The notes under the pieces: model-generated
What the model saw: only the letters and a program-made list of their open reading frames with translations
Told to the model about the DNA's origin: nothing
The model's database searches: none
Position numbers and translations under genes: made by a program
Source: Clostridia bacterium
Lineage (GTDB): Bacteria; Bacillota; Clostridia; Oscillospirales; CAG-272
Direction: 5' to 3'
Assembly: GCA_017472285.1 (NCBI GenBank)
Contig: JAFUQQ010000013.1
Coordinates: 8,527-72,526, forward strand
DNA: 64,000 bases
Shown: in pieces, positions 39,317 to 49,093 of the stretch
Layout of the letters: every line of letters starts with the position of its first letter
Numbering within the stretch: the first letter of the stretch is position 1

Positions 39317-41797
39317 TTATTTGATTTCTTCAAAGGTATAATATTCGTGGTTTGCGAAGACTTCGGCATAGGTATCTTTACGTCCGATGATCGTGAGATA
39401 ACGCATCTTATAGGTATACGTTTCCTCACCGGAAGTATCGGTTGTTACCACGAGTGCGGCAAACGCTTCTTTTGCGATATATTCCACGGTGGAAGGAATT
39501 GTCACGGATTCGGGCTCTGTTTTCATGGAAGCGAAGCGGTGTGCGGGAATACGTTTGACGGTATCGGGGATCACGATATTTTTCGCATTGCCGTTATATG
39601 CGAGAAGCAAACCGTCGCCAATGACGATAAATTCTTCATTGGCTCTGGATTTGAGCCAGCTTGTGCCTTGGAATACGTTTTCACCGGCATAGATGAGATT
39701 TTCGGAGATATCGATCTTCACGAGCTTGGTACAACCGGAGAATACGCTGTCACCGAGTACGGTAACGGAATCGGGAATGGTGATACGCGCAAGCTTCAGA
39801 CAGCCGAGGAATGCGGCGGATTCAATGGTTTCCAGCGTGGAAGGAAGTATTACGGAAGTCAGGGATACGCAATCGGAGAATGCAGATGCGCCGATAAAGG
39901 TAATACCTTCGGGAATTACGATCTCGGTCAGACCTTCACAACCGTAGAACGTACCCGTGCCGATCTCGGTATCTTCCGTACCGATGATGATGGTTTCAAG
40001 CGCACGGCAGCCTGTGAATGCACCTGCGGCAACGTGCTTGACGGGATTAACAAAAGGAATTTCTTTGAGTTTGATACATTCTGTGAACGCACCTGTGGAA
40101 ACGGTTTCCACGGTTGCGGGGAGCATCAGCGTCGCGAGTTTCTGACAACCGTCAAAGAAAGAAACGGGAATGGTCGTGATGGGTGCTTCGATCACGGCTT
40201 TTGTGATACCGGAGGAATAGAATACGCCGATACCGAGTTCCTTGACTGTTGCGGGGATGACGATCTCCGTGAAAGCGGCACATTTACCAAACGCATAATT
40301 GCCGATGGAGGTGACGCTTGCGGGAATTTCAAAGGATTCAAGCAAGTCACAGGAGAAGAATGCGTAGTTACCGATGGAACGGATATTTTCGGAGAAGATC
40401 ACGTCTGTCAGGAGCGTACAGTTCTGGAACGTATACGCGGGGATGTCATGAATACCGCTGATATCCGCTTTTGTCAGGGTGATGCAGTTCTGGAAAGCAA
40501 AATCGCCGAGTTCCGTAACGAAAGAAAGATCGATCTCTTTCAGACGCTGACAGTTTCGGAATGCATATGCACCAACGGTGCGGACGGTATCGGGAACGTC
40601 GATCGCTTCAAGCTTCTGGCAATAGTTGAATGCAAATTGACCGATGCTTTCAATACCTGCGGGGAGTGTGATTTCCGCCAGAGCAGAGCAGGAGTCGAAA
40701 AGACCTTCGGGAATCGCTTTCATATGAGAGGGAAGTGTAACTTTGGTCAGAGCAGTGCAATTTCTGAAAACGAAAGAACCGAGTTCTGTATTTTCGGGAA
40801 TATTGGCTTCTTTCAGCGAACCGCAATCAAGGAATGCGTAACTGCCGAGTTTTTTGAGGGAAGAAGGGAGTGTAATGGTTTCGAGATTATACGCACAGTA
40901 GAATGCACTGCCTTCGATTTCTTCGATACCTTCGGAAACGGTGATGTGTTTGAGTCTCGTACCGGCAAAGGCACTGCCCGCGATCACACGCACTTCGGAA
41001 GGAACGGTATACGAACCGCCTTCATTTGCGGCGGGCGGATAGAGAACGAGTGTTTTGCCATCCTTGCTGTAAAGGATGCCGTCTTTTGCAGAGAATACGG
41101 TATTTTTTTCATCGACTTCAAAGGTATTGACCTGTGTGCAACCGTAGAATGCGCCGTGTCCGATTTCACGGAGATTTTCAGGCAGCTTTACGGTAAATGC
41201 GTTTTCCACGCTTGTTCCGCAGAAGGAGAACGCATAATCACCGATGACTTCAAGGGATGATGCTTCGGAAAAATCGATCGCGGCTTTTGCACAATCGAGG
41301 AACGCATCTTCACCGATTTTTTTCAGGGAAGCGGGAAGTTTGAATTCGGAAAGTGCGGAACAGCCCGCGAACGCACCGCCGCCGATGCTTTGCAAAGAAG
41401 ATTTATTGGAACGGAACGTCACTTTTTCCAGAGCGGTACAGGTTGTGAACGCGCCGTCACCGATGGCTTTGACAGAATCGGAAAGTTCAATGCTTTTGAG
41501 GGTGGTATTGCCTGCGAATGCATTATCACCGATGGCGATGACTTTCTGATTGCCGTCGATACGGTTGACGATGACACTTGCCGCGTTACCCGCATAGCTG
41601 ACGATAGTGGCTTCATTGTTTTCGTTTACGGTATAAGAAAAGAGGGAGTCTTTGCTTCGGAAGATACGCTCGCCGAGCTCGGTTTCCGTAACCGTTTCCT
41701 GTTCTTCGGTATCTTTATCCGTATTACAACCCGTACTGAGCGCACAAGCGGCGATCAGAGCGGCGGAAAGCAGACCGATCAGTAATTTTTTCATCAT
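39317..41797 (-). CDS. BspA-type leucine-rich-repeat (LRR_5) surface lipoprotein
   Basis: Lipobox STGC; many LxxIxLPxxLxxIGxxAFxxC repeats. Confidence 0.92.
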   Translation of the reverse strand: MMKKLLIGLLSAALIAACALSTGCNTDKDTEEQETVTETELGERIFRSKDSLFSYTVNENNEATIVSYAGNAASVIVNRIDGNQKVIAIGDNAFAGNTTLKSIELSDSVKAIGDGAFTTCTALEKVTFRSNKSSLQSIGGGAFAGCSALSEFKLPASLKKIGEDAFLDCAKAAIDFSEASSLEVIGDYAFSFCGTSVENAFTVKLPENLREIGHGAFYGCTQVNTFEVDEKNTVFSAKDGILYSKDGKTLVLYPPAANEGGSYTVPSEVRVIAGSAFAGTRLKHITVSEGIEEIEGSAFYCAYNLETITLPSSLKKLGSYAFLDCGSLKEANIPENTELGSFVFRNCTALTKVTLPSHMKAIPEGLFDSCSALAEITLPAGIESIGQFAFNYCQKLEAIDVPDTVRTVGAYAFRNCQRLKEIDLSFVTELGDFAFQNCITLTKADISGIHDIPAYTFQNCTLLTDVIFSENIRSIGNYAFFSCDLLESFEIPASVTSIGNYAFGKCAAFTEIVIPATVKELGIGVFYSSGITKAVIEAPITTIPVSFFDGCQKLATLMLPATVETVSTGAFTECIKLKEIPFVNPVKHVAAGAFTGCRALETIIIGTEDTEIGTGTFYGCEGLTEIVIPEGITFIGASAFSDCVSLTSVILPSTLETIESAAFLGCLKLARITIPDSVTVLGDSVFSGCTKLVKIDISENLIYAGENVFQGTSWLKSRANEEFIVIGDGLLLAYNGNAKNIVIPDTVKRIPAHRFASMKTEPESVTIPSTVEYIAKEAFAALVVTTDTSGEETYTYKMRYLTIIGRKDTYAEVFANHEYYTFEEIK

Positions 41798-41864
41798 ATA
41801 TTGTGATTCCTTTCATTGAAAATCGGAGGATTTATAGTAATGCCATAAAGATAAGCTTCCGCCC

Positions 41865-42000
41865 GTGTCATCCTCGAGGCGCAGACTCACGGGATTCTTC
41901 GTGTCCATCCGTTTTTTGAACGTCTGTACACTCAAGAATGACATCGTGAGCCAGCGCCGAAGGATCTCGGGCAACATATTTTTTCTTAACTGAATGACAT
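41865..42000. repeat. Nested REP-like palindrome (TGTCATCCT...GAAGGATCT / GAATGACA family)
   Basis: Outer tgtcatcctcgaggcgcag...ccgaaggatctc interrupted by an inner ctcacgggattctt...aagaatgacatcgtgag hairpin. Confidence 0.55.
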
Positions 42001-42005
42001 TGGAT

Positions 42006-42725
42006 TTATATGATATCCTGTTTTTTGATTCTTTTTTTCATACGGCGCACGTCGCGCAGCATCTTGACGGAGTCGCGGACGATATGCACGGTGGATTCTC
42101 TGTGATTGATGATCTTGACGGGCATTTCCGCGATTTTTGCATCGAGCTTGGTTGCGATCATAATGACTTCAAGGTCAAAGGCAAAACGGTCGACTTCGCA
42201 ATTGGAAAAGATCTTTTTTGCGATATCACGGCGGAAACCTTTGATGCCGCATTGCGAATCGGAAAGCTTGAAGCCTGCGGCAACGGAAATGACTTTGATG
42301 TAGGTTTTTGATGCGAGCTTGCGGATGAAGGTATAACCTTCATAACCGTCTTTAGAAAGGTTACGGGAACCGACGACGATATCTGCGCCTGTTTTTACAA
42401 GTGTTCTTGCGAGATTGCCGACGGCTTCTTCACCGTATGCGTTATCACAGTCCGTAAAGAGAATGAGATCGCCTTCGGCGGCCAGTACACCCGTGCGGAC
42501 CGCATAACCTTTGCCGCGGTTGGGGGTGTAACGGCAAAGACGGATGCGTGCATCTTCTGTATGCGCCGCTTCTACAACGTCGCCGCAACCGTCTGTGGAA
42601 CCGTCATCCACAAAGATCAGTTCAAAATCCTTGAACGTTTTTTTCATATATTCCGAAAAGGTTCTGACAGCTTCCTCAATGATGGAGCTTTCGTTATACA
42701 TCGGAATGACTAAAGATACTTTCAT
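42006..42725 (-). CDS. Glycosyltransferase family 2 (polyprenol-phosphate glycosyltransferase-like)
   Basis: SLVIPMYNE, VDDGSTD, NRGKGYAVRTG, FTDCD, DSQCGIK, FAFDLE. Confidence 0.9.
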   Translation of the reverse strand: MKVSLVIPMYNESSIIEEAVRTFSEYMKKTFKDFELIFVDDGSTDGCGDVVEAAHTEDARIRLCRYTPNRGKGYAVRTGVLAAEGDLILFTDCDNAYGEEAVGNLARTLVKTGADIVVGSRNLSKDGYEGYTFIRKLASKTYIKVISVAAGFKLSDSQCGIKGFRRDIAKKIFSNCEVDRFAFDLEVIMIATKLDAKIAEMPVKIINHRESTVHIVRDSVKMLRDVRRMKKRIKKQDII

Positions 42726-42747
42726 ATGCTTGTCCTTTCCTCAATGA

Positions 42748-43899
42748 TCAATACAAGGTGTTGATGGCGATACGGTCATAGACTTTATCGCTTACGGGTG
42801 TTAGGGCAGTATTCTGTTTATAGCTTTCGATGAGTGTTGTGTATTTGCTGTAATGAGGTGTCGTATATTCTGAGCCGACATAAGCGTATTCATAGATATT
42901 TTTTGCGACGGTGCTCGTTCCGCAGATGTAATCCTCATCAAAACCTTCGCGCACGAAGATCGCGAAATAACCCGTATAATCATCGTTATCACCCGAGACG
43001 ATATCGCTGATCTCACCGATATTCAATGCGGTCACGGTATCGACGGTCACGTTGCCGAGCGTTGCGTTCGTTGCGGAAGCGACGATCTTGCCGTAAGCGT
43101 CAAAATAGATATCGGATTGACTGTCCGCATCGGCATAGTTTTTGATAACGGTATCGACGGATTCGCCCGAAAGCAGCTTTTCCTGTGCTTCTATGATCGC
43201 GGTACGCGCTTTCGCTTCGGCGGCGGCATCGCCCTTCGTATAGGAGATCAGGACCTGTTTATAGTGGTAATAGGATTGGGAAAGATAATCGCTGAGATCG
43301 GATGCGAGGGCTTTTCTGAGTCTGGTTTGCAGGATCGAACGGTAATGAGAAAATTCAAAATATTCGGGAGTCATGCCCGCGATGGCAAGGGATTTTTCAT
43401 AAAGCTCTCTTGCGTATTCTTCTTTCGTTCCTTTATATTCGAGGTCGGATTCTTCGATGTTATCGACGTAATCCTGCAATTTTTTCTGGTAATCGTTATA
43501 ATAAGCCTGCTTGTCCGCTTCTGTGATGGAGATGCCGTACTTTTCGCAGAGGGCAAGAAGCGCATAATATTCGAGGAGGATATCTTCCGTTACTTCTTTG
43601 ACGGCTGTATTTTTTTCTTCATCCGTTGCGAGTGCTGTTGCGTTGCCTTCTTCGTCGCGGATGATATCGGTGACGTTATTTTTGAGATAAACGTACACCG
43701 CGCGGTAAGTATCAAAGGGAATGTCATACGTTTTCTCACCGTTTCCAACGTCGATGGTTGCCGTCATGACGGTATCCACGTCCATTTTTCCGCCGTACCA
43801 TGCGTAAAGCCCCGGTTCTTTTTCGCAGCCGAGCATCGGGAGCGCAAGCATGGAGAGGGCAAGTCCAAGACAGACCGTTTTGCAAATTTTTTTCATCAT
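42748..43899 (-). CDS. Lipoprotein, SurA/PrsA foldase-like
   Basis: Lipobox MLGC; helical N-terminal domain; degenerate parvulin-like segment (KQVLI...L.IGEISDIV). Confidence 0.6.
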   Translation of the reverse strand: MMKKICKTVCLGLALSMLALPMLGCEKEPGLYAWYGGKMDVDTVMTATIDVGNGEKTYDIPFDTYRAVYVYLKNNVTDIIRDEEGNATALATDEEKNTAVKEVTEDILLEYYALLALCEKYGISITEADKQAYYNDYQKKLQDYVDNIEESDLEYKGTKEEYARELYEKSLAIAGMTPEYFEFSHYRSILQTRLRKALASDLSDYLSQSYYHYKQVLISYTKGDAAAEAKARTAIIEAQEKLLSGESVDTVIKNYADADSQSDIYFDAYGKIVASATNATLGNVTVDTVTALNIGEISDIVSGDNDDYTGYFAIFVREGFDEDYICGTSTVAKNIYEYAYVGSEYTTPHYSKYTTLIESYKQNTALTPVSDKVYDRIAINTLY

Positions 43900-43994
43900 G
43901 TTTATTCAGATTCCTTTCAAAGATAGACGTTATAAGCGGATATTTGCCGACGGAAGAAGGTCTTACGTCGGCATAACTATCCAAATATAATTTG

Positions 43995-44023
43995 ATTATA
44001 TCACATATTTCCGCTTTTTTCAA
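43995..44023 (-). promoter_or_regulatory. Sigma-A promoter of the foldase-GT2 genes
   Basis: TTGAAA-17 bp-TATAAT with extended TG on the minus strand. Confidence 0.7.
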
Positions 44024-44039
44024 TTCCATTTTCGATAAT

Positions 44040-45092
44040 TTACATATTGTTCTCAAATATTTCGCATAAAATATGTGTGCCGATTGCATCGATTTTAGAA
44101 AAATCGATATGTTTGCCGTAAATGGCTTCCGTTTTTGCATGAAGTGTTCCCGCATCATGCAAAGCATCGAGCGCGCCTTGCACCAGAAGATCACGGCATT
44201 TTTCCGCAAAGCGCAGACGGTTTCTGCGCGCGGCAAGGGTTTCGCGGCGGATGAAACGCAGGCAGTTGACGGTCTTTTCGGCTTTTTCCGCTTGTTTTTC
44301 ATCACAAACGGTAAAGAGAATGTTTTCGCCTTCGATGAAGATCGCTTCGGTACGCAAACGGCTGAGAGGTGTACGGCAGACGGTCATGGCGATGCCTTTT
44401 GCCGAAAGTGCGCGGTAAAGACGGGACATGAAAAGATAAGCGAGTCCGTGTTTGCCGGTCACGGCGTATACTTTTTTTGCTTTTAGCCAAAGCGTATCCA
44501 GGGTCTTTTCGCCGTTTGTGCCGATCGCAGAAATATAACGGTGCGTTTCCCCGCCTTCTTTCATAAAATAAAAAGAAGATAGGAGCCGTCTGACAGCGGC
44601 ATCGGCTTTTTCCGTCAGAAACAGCGGGGAAAGCAATGCTTCTCTTTCTTTTTCCATTTTGCCCGCTGCCGCAAGAAAACGGTATGCGCTCTGATATTTT
44701 TCGTTTTTTTCACGGATCTGCGCGGAGATTAGTTCTCTTTTTTCGGTCAATGCTTTTTCGTCAAAGGCTTCGCCGAGATTGACAATGCGTTCCGCCGCTC
44801 CCGGATAGATGGGATCGCAGACGTGAGGTGCCGTACCGTCCAAAATTGCCGTGCGGAGCGCGGGGATGAGGATGCCGTCCAAGGAATCGGTATCGGAAGA
44901 ACAATAGATGTATTCCGTATCCAATCCCCGTTTTTCCGCCTCTGCACCGACTCGTTTCATCAGCGTGGATTTTCCCGAACCGGGACCGCCTTTAAGGATA
45001 TAAATTCGTTTTTGTACGTCGGGAGAAAAAACTTCATTAAAAAGACTGTAAAAGCCTGCTTCCGTATTTGCGGCAGCAAAAAATTTCGTCAT
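44040..45092 (-). CDS. P-loop NTPase of unknown function (PRK06851-like)
   Basis: FAAANT..GF.S, YILKGGPGSGKSTLM, CSSD..SLDG, DGTAPH. Confidence 0.75.
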   Translation of the reverse strand: MTKFFAAANTEAGFYSLFNEVFSPDVQKRIYILKGGPGSGKSTLMKRVGAEAEKRGLDTEYIYCSSDTDSLDGILIPALRTAILDGTAPHVCDPIYPGAAERIVNLGEAFDEKALTEKRELISAQIREKNEKYQSAYRFLAAAGKMEKEREALLSPLFLTEKADAAVRRLLSSFYFMKEGGETHRYISAIGTNGEKTLDTLWLKAKKVYAVTGKHGLAYLFMSRLYRALSAKGIAMTVCRTPLSRLRTEAIFIEGENILFTVCDEKQAEKAEKTVNCLRFIRRETLAARRNRLRFAEKCRDLLVQGALDALHDAGTLHAKTEAIYGKHIDFSKIDAIGTHILCEIFENNM

Positions 45093-45270
45093 AGACAATC
45101 GTTCCTTTCGGTATTTCTCTTACAGTTTATGAAAAAATTTGGAAAATGCTACCTTTTACAGCTTTACAAAAATATTTATTTATGATAAAATACAAGCAGA
45201 TCCTTTGCTTGAAAAAGCAAAAAATTCAAATCAAAATACAGAGAGATATATTCAGAAAGGAATCATGGGC

Positions 45271-46635
45271 ATGGAATTGATGAAACGAGAACTTTTGAAT
45301 TATGATATTTTCCCGAAGGTTATTCCCGTTGGTAAAGAAACCGAGATCACCGTAAAACCCCTCGGCGGTCATGCGGCATTCGCAAAAAACAAGGAACATA
45401 CCATTGCCATCCATACCACAACGGAAGGCAATCCCACGACCTATCCAAACCGTAAAAATTATGCGGAATATAAAATGACGGTCGGGGACGACGGCTGTTT
45501 CCATATCGTTCATACCTTTGAAAAGGAATGTGAATATTATATCCGTATCATCGCGGATGACAAACGTATCGTTCAGCTTTCCGTTTATGCGGTACTTGAT
45601 GATCTTGTCGGCAGATATCCTTATATCGGTGATATGCATATGCATTCCACCCGTTCGGATGGCAAGGAACATCCTTTTATCGTTGCGGCAAATTACCGTA
45701 AAGTCGGTTATGACTTTATGGCGATCACCGATCACAGAAAATATTATCCTTCTCTTGAAACCAAGCGTTTCTATGAACCGCTCGGTCTTGACGTGAAATT
45801 TTATCCTGGTGAAGAAATCCATCTCCCCGGAAACGATATCCATATCGTGAATTTCGGCGGTGATTACAGTATCAACGGACTTCTCGATTGTTCTCTCCAA
45901 TATATCAATAAAGGAGCTGACCCTGAATGGCGTTCCATCACGGGCATCTGTCCCGATGTGATGACGGAAGAACAGTACCGCGCGGAAGTAAATGCCCTTG
46001 CAGAAACGCTCGATATTCCCGATAACGTGGAAAAATTCCCGTATGCTGCTTGTGTCTGGATTTGCAATCACATCAAAAAAGCAAACGGTCTCGGTATTTT
46101 CGCGCATCCGTATTGGATCAGCAACGTATATCAGGTTCCCGAAGATTTTACCGATCATATGTTTAAGACACATCCTTTCGATGCGTTTGAAATTTTCGGT
46201 GGTCTGACCTATTTCCAGCAGAACGGTTATCAGGTACAGAAATATCATGATTATCGTGCGCAAGGTATTCAAGTGCCGATTGTCGGCAATACCGATACCC
46301 ATGGTTCAACGGCATATAACGCCGATTGGCATTCCGCACGTTCGATGGTTCTTGCGTATGCCAATACCCGCGATGAGATCGTCGGTGCAGTCAAGAGCTT
46401 CTATAACGTTGCCATTCAGGATATCAAAAATCACGTGGAAGTTCTCGGTACGCTCCGCATGATGAAATACTGCTGGTTCCTCTACGAACATTATCTTCCC
46501 ATTCACGATGAGCTTTGTTTTGAAGAAGGTCGTTTGATGAAAGAATATGCTTGCGGCGATACCGAAGCGGGTGAAGATCTCCGCCGTATCTCCGGCAGAA
46601 TGGATAAGCTCCGCCGTAAATATTTTGCGTTCTGA
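45271..46635 (+). CDS. PHP-domain metallohydrolase
   Basis: GDMHMHSTRSDG, AITDH, PGEE, AHPYW, GNTDTH. Confidence 0.8.
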   Translation: MELMKRELLNYDIFPKVIPVGKETEITVKPLGGHAAFAKNKEHTIAIHTTTEGNPTTYPNRKNYAEYKMTVGDDGCFHIVHTFEKECEYYIRIIADDKRIVQLSVYAVLDDLVGRYPYIGDMHMHSTRSDGKEHPFIVAANYRKVGYDFMAITDHRKYYPSLETKRFYEPLGLDVKFYPGEEIHLPGNDIHIVNFGGDYSINGLLDCSLQYINKGADPEWRSITGICPDVMTEEQYRAEVNALAETLDIPDNVEKFPYAACVWICNHIKKANGLGIFAHPYWISNVYQVPEDFTDHMFKTHPFDAFEIFGGLTYFQQNGYQVQKYHDYRAQGIQVPIVGNTDTHGSTAYNADWHSARSMVLAYANTRDEIVGAVKSFYNVAIQDIKNHVEVLGTLRMMKYCWFLYEHYLPIHDELCFEEGRLMKEYACGDTEAGEDLRRISGRMDKLRRKYFAF

Positions 46636-46698
46636 TCTTCTTTTCTTGAACGCCGGGGAAAAGAATCAAAAGAAAACGCAAGCGCAACGCGCTTGACC
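46636..46698 (-). repeat. Family A variant repeat
   Basis: ttcttttctt...ggaaaagaa-tcaaaagaaaacgc-aagcg.aa.cgcgcttgacc, similar to 49094-49160. Confidence 0.6.
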
Positions 46699-46703
46699 TC
46701 AAT

Positions 46704-46738
46704 AAAGAAAACCCTCGCAACAGCGAGGGTTTTCTTTA
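46704..46738. terminator. Bidirectional terminator
   Basis: aaagaaaaccctcgc-aaca-gcgagggttttcttt. Confidence 0.85.
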
Positions 46739-46747
46739 TGATGCAGA

Positions 46748-49039
46748 TCAATCTTTTTTGCCGATCTTAACTTCAACTTTGAGTGTTTTGCCTGCGATGG
46801 GCGCGATGATATTGCCATCGATCACATTGCCGTCAACCTTGATCTCGAGGACGTCTGTACCTGTGCCGTCACCCTTGAAGGTGATATCAAATGTGCAATC
46901 GCGCATGACTTTCACGATGCTACATTCATTCCAGCAAAGCGGCAGACAAGGATCGATGCGCAGACCTTCGATTTCGGGATGCATACCGAAGATAAATTCC
47001 ACAACGCTCTTGAGCATCCAGGAGCTGGAAGCAGTACGCCAGCTCTGACCGGGTGTACCTGCACGGTAGCCAACTTCGGGAGCGAAATAGGAGTTATACA
47101 TTGCGTAAGGTTCACCACAGGTCTGACCGATTGTGCCGTCATCATAGGTCTGATCCCAAGGAAGCATCTTGCGAAGACCTTCTTCCACGCGGTCGGGACG
47201 GCGGAGGATACTGTCAACAGCGAGCTTCCAAGCAGAAGGATGGAGGTAGATACCGCCGTTATCCTGTACGCCGGGGAATTTTTCAGCCATGGAACCGATA
47301 TAAGGACGCTGATAGGAATATGCGGGATAGGAAAGACGGATACCGATGGGCGTTTCGAGGAGTTCTTCTGCTTTATCCATCACAGCAGCACCTTTTTCCA
47401 TGCCTGCAAGAACTGCCCACATCTGCGGATTCAGGAAGATCTGACCTTCATCGCAATCGGAGGAGCCCATGATGATATCATCGTCGGTACGCGCGTAAAT
47501 GTAGTAGCCGCCCTTTTCGTCATAACCGTAAGCATCGATCTTCTTTGTCATATCGTCAACGCGTTCGAGTGCGAGCTTCGCATCGTCTTCTTTGCCGAGC
47601 ATTCTTGCGACTTCTGCAAACATCTTGCCCGCTCTGACCCAAGCGATGGAAAGCCATACGGAAACGCCTTTGCCTTTCAGACCTGCATTGTTGATACAGT
47701 CGTTCCAGTCACCGCCCCAGATACGTACAAGACCGTAATTACCTTGGAAATTATAAAGGAAATCGACGGAACGTCTGATATGTTCATAAACGGAATATTC
47801 TTCTTCTGTATCGTTGAATTTGACGGTTTCATAAAGCAAAGAAGGATCGCCAAGCTCTTTGATGATGGTGTTGACCGCGTAAGTCATCCAAACGGTATTA
47901 TCTGCGAAATTATTATCTTTGATTCTACCGTCAGCGATCGTACGAGGTGCATAACCGCTCTGATACTGATAAGAAAGAACGCGTTTCATTCTTTCCCAAG
48001 CGAGCTTCGGATTGACACAAGCCAGACATTCCGTGTCACTTGTCATGTCACGGTAGCCGTTATGACGAACACGCGCCCAACGGGAACCCATATGTGCTGC
48101 GTATTTCATCCAGCCGTTGATGAGATGGTCGAAATCTTTCCAAGGTGTTTTAATAGAAACACCGCTGAGGTCTGCCGCATATTTTGCTGTCATTGCCGCG
48201 AAATCTGCTTCGACACCTTCTGCTGTGGGAGATGTGATTTCATCAAAATTGTCCATAGCAATGCCGAGCTGATAATGAACGGTCTTTGTTTCGCCGGGAG
48301 CGAGCGTTACGGTATTCTGCAAAGCAAGACAAAGTTTTTCGGAGTTACAATCGGTATTGGTGCAGCCGCCGTTCTTACGGAGTGCTACGGGATGCTGTTC
48401 ATCACCGAAAGGACCGATGAATGCGTTGCGTCTGGAATCGAAACCTGTGATCTCCTCGGAGGATGTCATATAGCAATAGATCTTGCGATTGGTCTTGGAC
48501 CAAAGAGGACGGTAATCTTTTGCATAGACGGCTTTCTTTTCTTCGTTGAAGCCGCCCTGACCGAGGCTATAACATTGCGGACGGTATGTGCCGTCAACTT
48601 CTGTCTTTGCGTAAGAAACGAGATTCAGTGTACGAGTGGTATCGCCGTTATTGGTGATCGTTACACTCCAAAGCTCGCGTCTGCCTTCGTTGGGAACGAA
48701 AATACGGACGGTGCTTGTGATATCCTTATAAGAAAGGGTGATCGTGCTGAAGCCTGTCGCATGGTTGCAAGCATAATCCGTATAACCGTAATCGAGAGGA
48801 AGTCCGAAAAGGCTCCAATAAGCGTTATCTTCCGCAAGGAAAATATTTCTGTTGGAAAGAAGAAGGATTCTTCTGCCGAGGTCGTCCTGACAAAGACCTT
48901 CGCCAAAGCCAACCTGAGATGTGAAACTTACATATTCATTGTTGAACATGTAATTATACCAATGACGGGGCGTTTCCGGCTCCGTAATGGTATACGAATC
49001 GTCTGCGTTAAAGTGTCCGTACCATTTGAATTCTGCCAT
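46748..49039 (-). CDS. Glycoside phosphorylase, GH94 family
   Basis: TPRHWYNY, GYRD, GDWND catalytic motif, GVSVW, NGGIY.H, GLRIDPCLP..W. Confidence 0.88.
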   Translation of the reverse strand: MAEFKWYGHFNADDSYTITEPETPRHWYNYMFNNEYVSFTSQVGFGEGLCQDDLGRRILLLSNRNIFLAEDNAYWSLFGLPLDYGYTDYACNHATGFSTITLSYKDITSTVRIFVPNEGRRELWSVTITNNGDTTRTLNLVSYAKTEVDGTYRPQCYSLGQGGFNEEKKAVYAKDYRPLWSKTNRKIYCYMTSSEEITGFDSRRNAFIGPFGDEQHPVALRKNGGCTNTDCNSEKLCLALQNTVTLAPGETKTVHYQLGIAMDNFDEITSPTAEGVEADFAAMTAKYAADLSGVSIKTPWKDFDHLINGWMKYAAHMGSRWARVRHNGYRDMTSDTECLACVNPKLAWERMKRVLSYQYQSGYAPRTIADGRIKDNNFADNTVWMTYAVNTIIKELGDPSLLYETVKFNDTEEEYSVYEHIRRSVDFLYNFQGNYGLVRIWGGDWNDCINNAGLKGKGVSVWLSIAWVRAGKMFAEVARMLGKEDDAKLALERVDDMTKKIDAYGYDEKGGYYIYARTDDDIIMGSSDCDEGQIFLNPQMWAVLAGMEKGAAVMDKAEELLETPIGIRLSYPAYSYQRPYIGSMAEKFPGVQDNGGIYLHPSAWKLAVDSILRRPDRVEEGLRKMLPWDQTYDDGTIGQTCGEPYAMYNSYFAPEVGYRAGTPGQSWRTASSSWMLKSVVEFIFGMHPEIEGLRIDPCLPLCWNECSIVKVMRDCTFDITFKGDGTGTDVLEIKVDGNVIDGNIIAPIAGKTLKVEVKIGKKD

Positions 49040-49093
49040 AGCAATAACCAAACCTTTCTGATAAATATTTATATTTAATTTTGTTTTTGATTT

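Noticed and set aside
39317-41797. LRR gene as a diversity-generating retroelement target
   Set aside because: No reverse transcriptase and no template/variable repeat pair were seen.
24421-49078. Very long antisense ORFs (24421-25779, 26526-28136, 29735-31687, 39347-41260, 46979-49078 and others)
   Set aside because: They lie opposite well-supported genes and show no protein motifs. They are explained by low use of TTA, CTA and TCA codons on the coding strand, which removes stops from the mirror frame.
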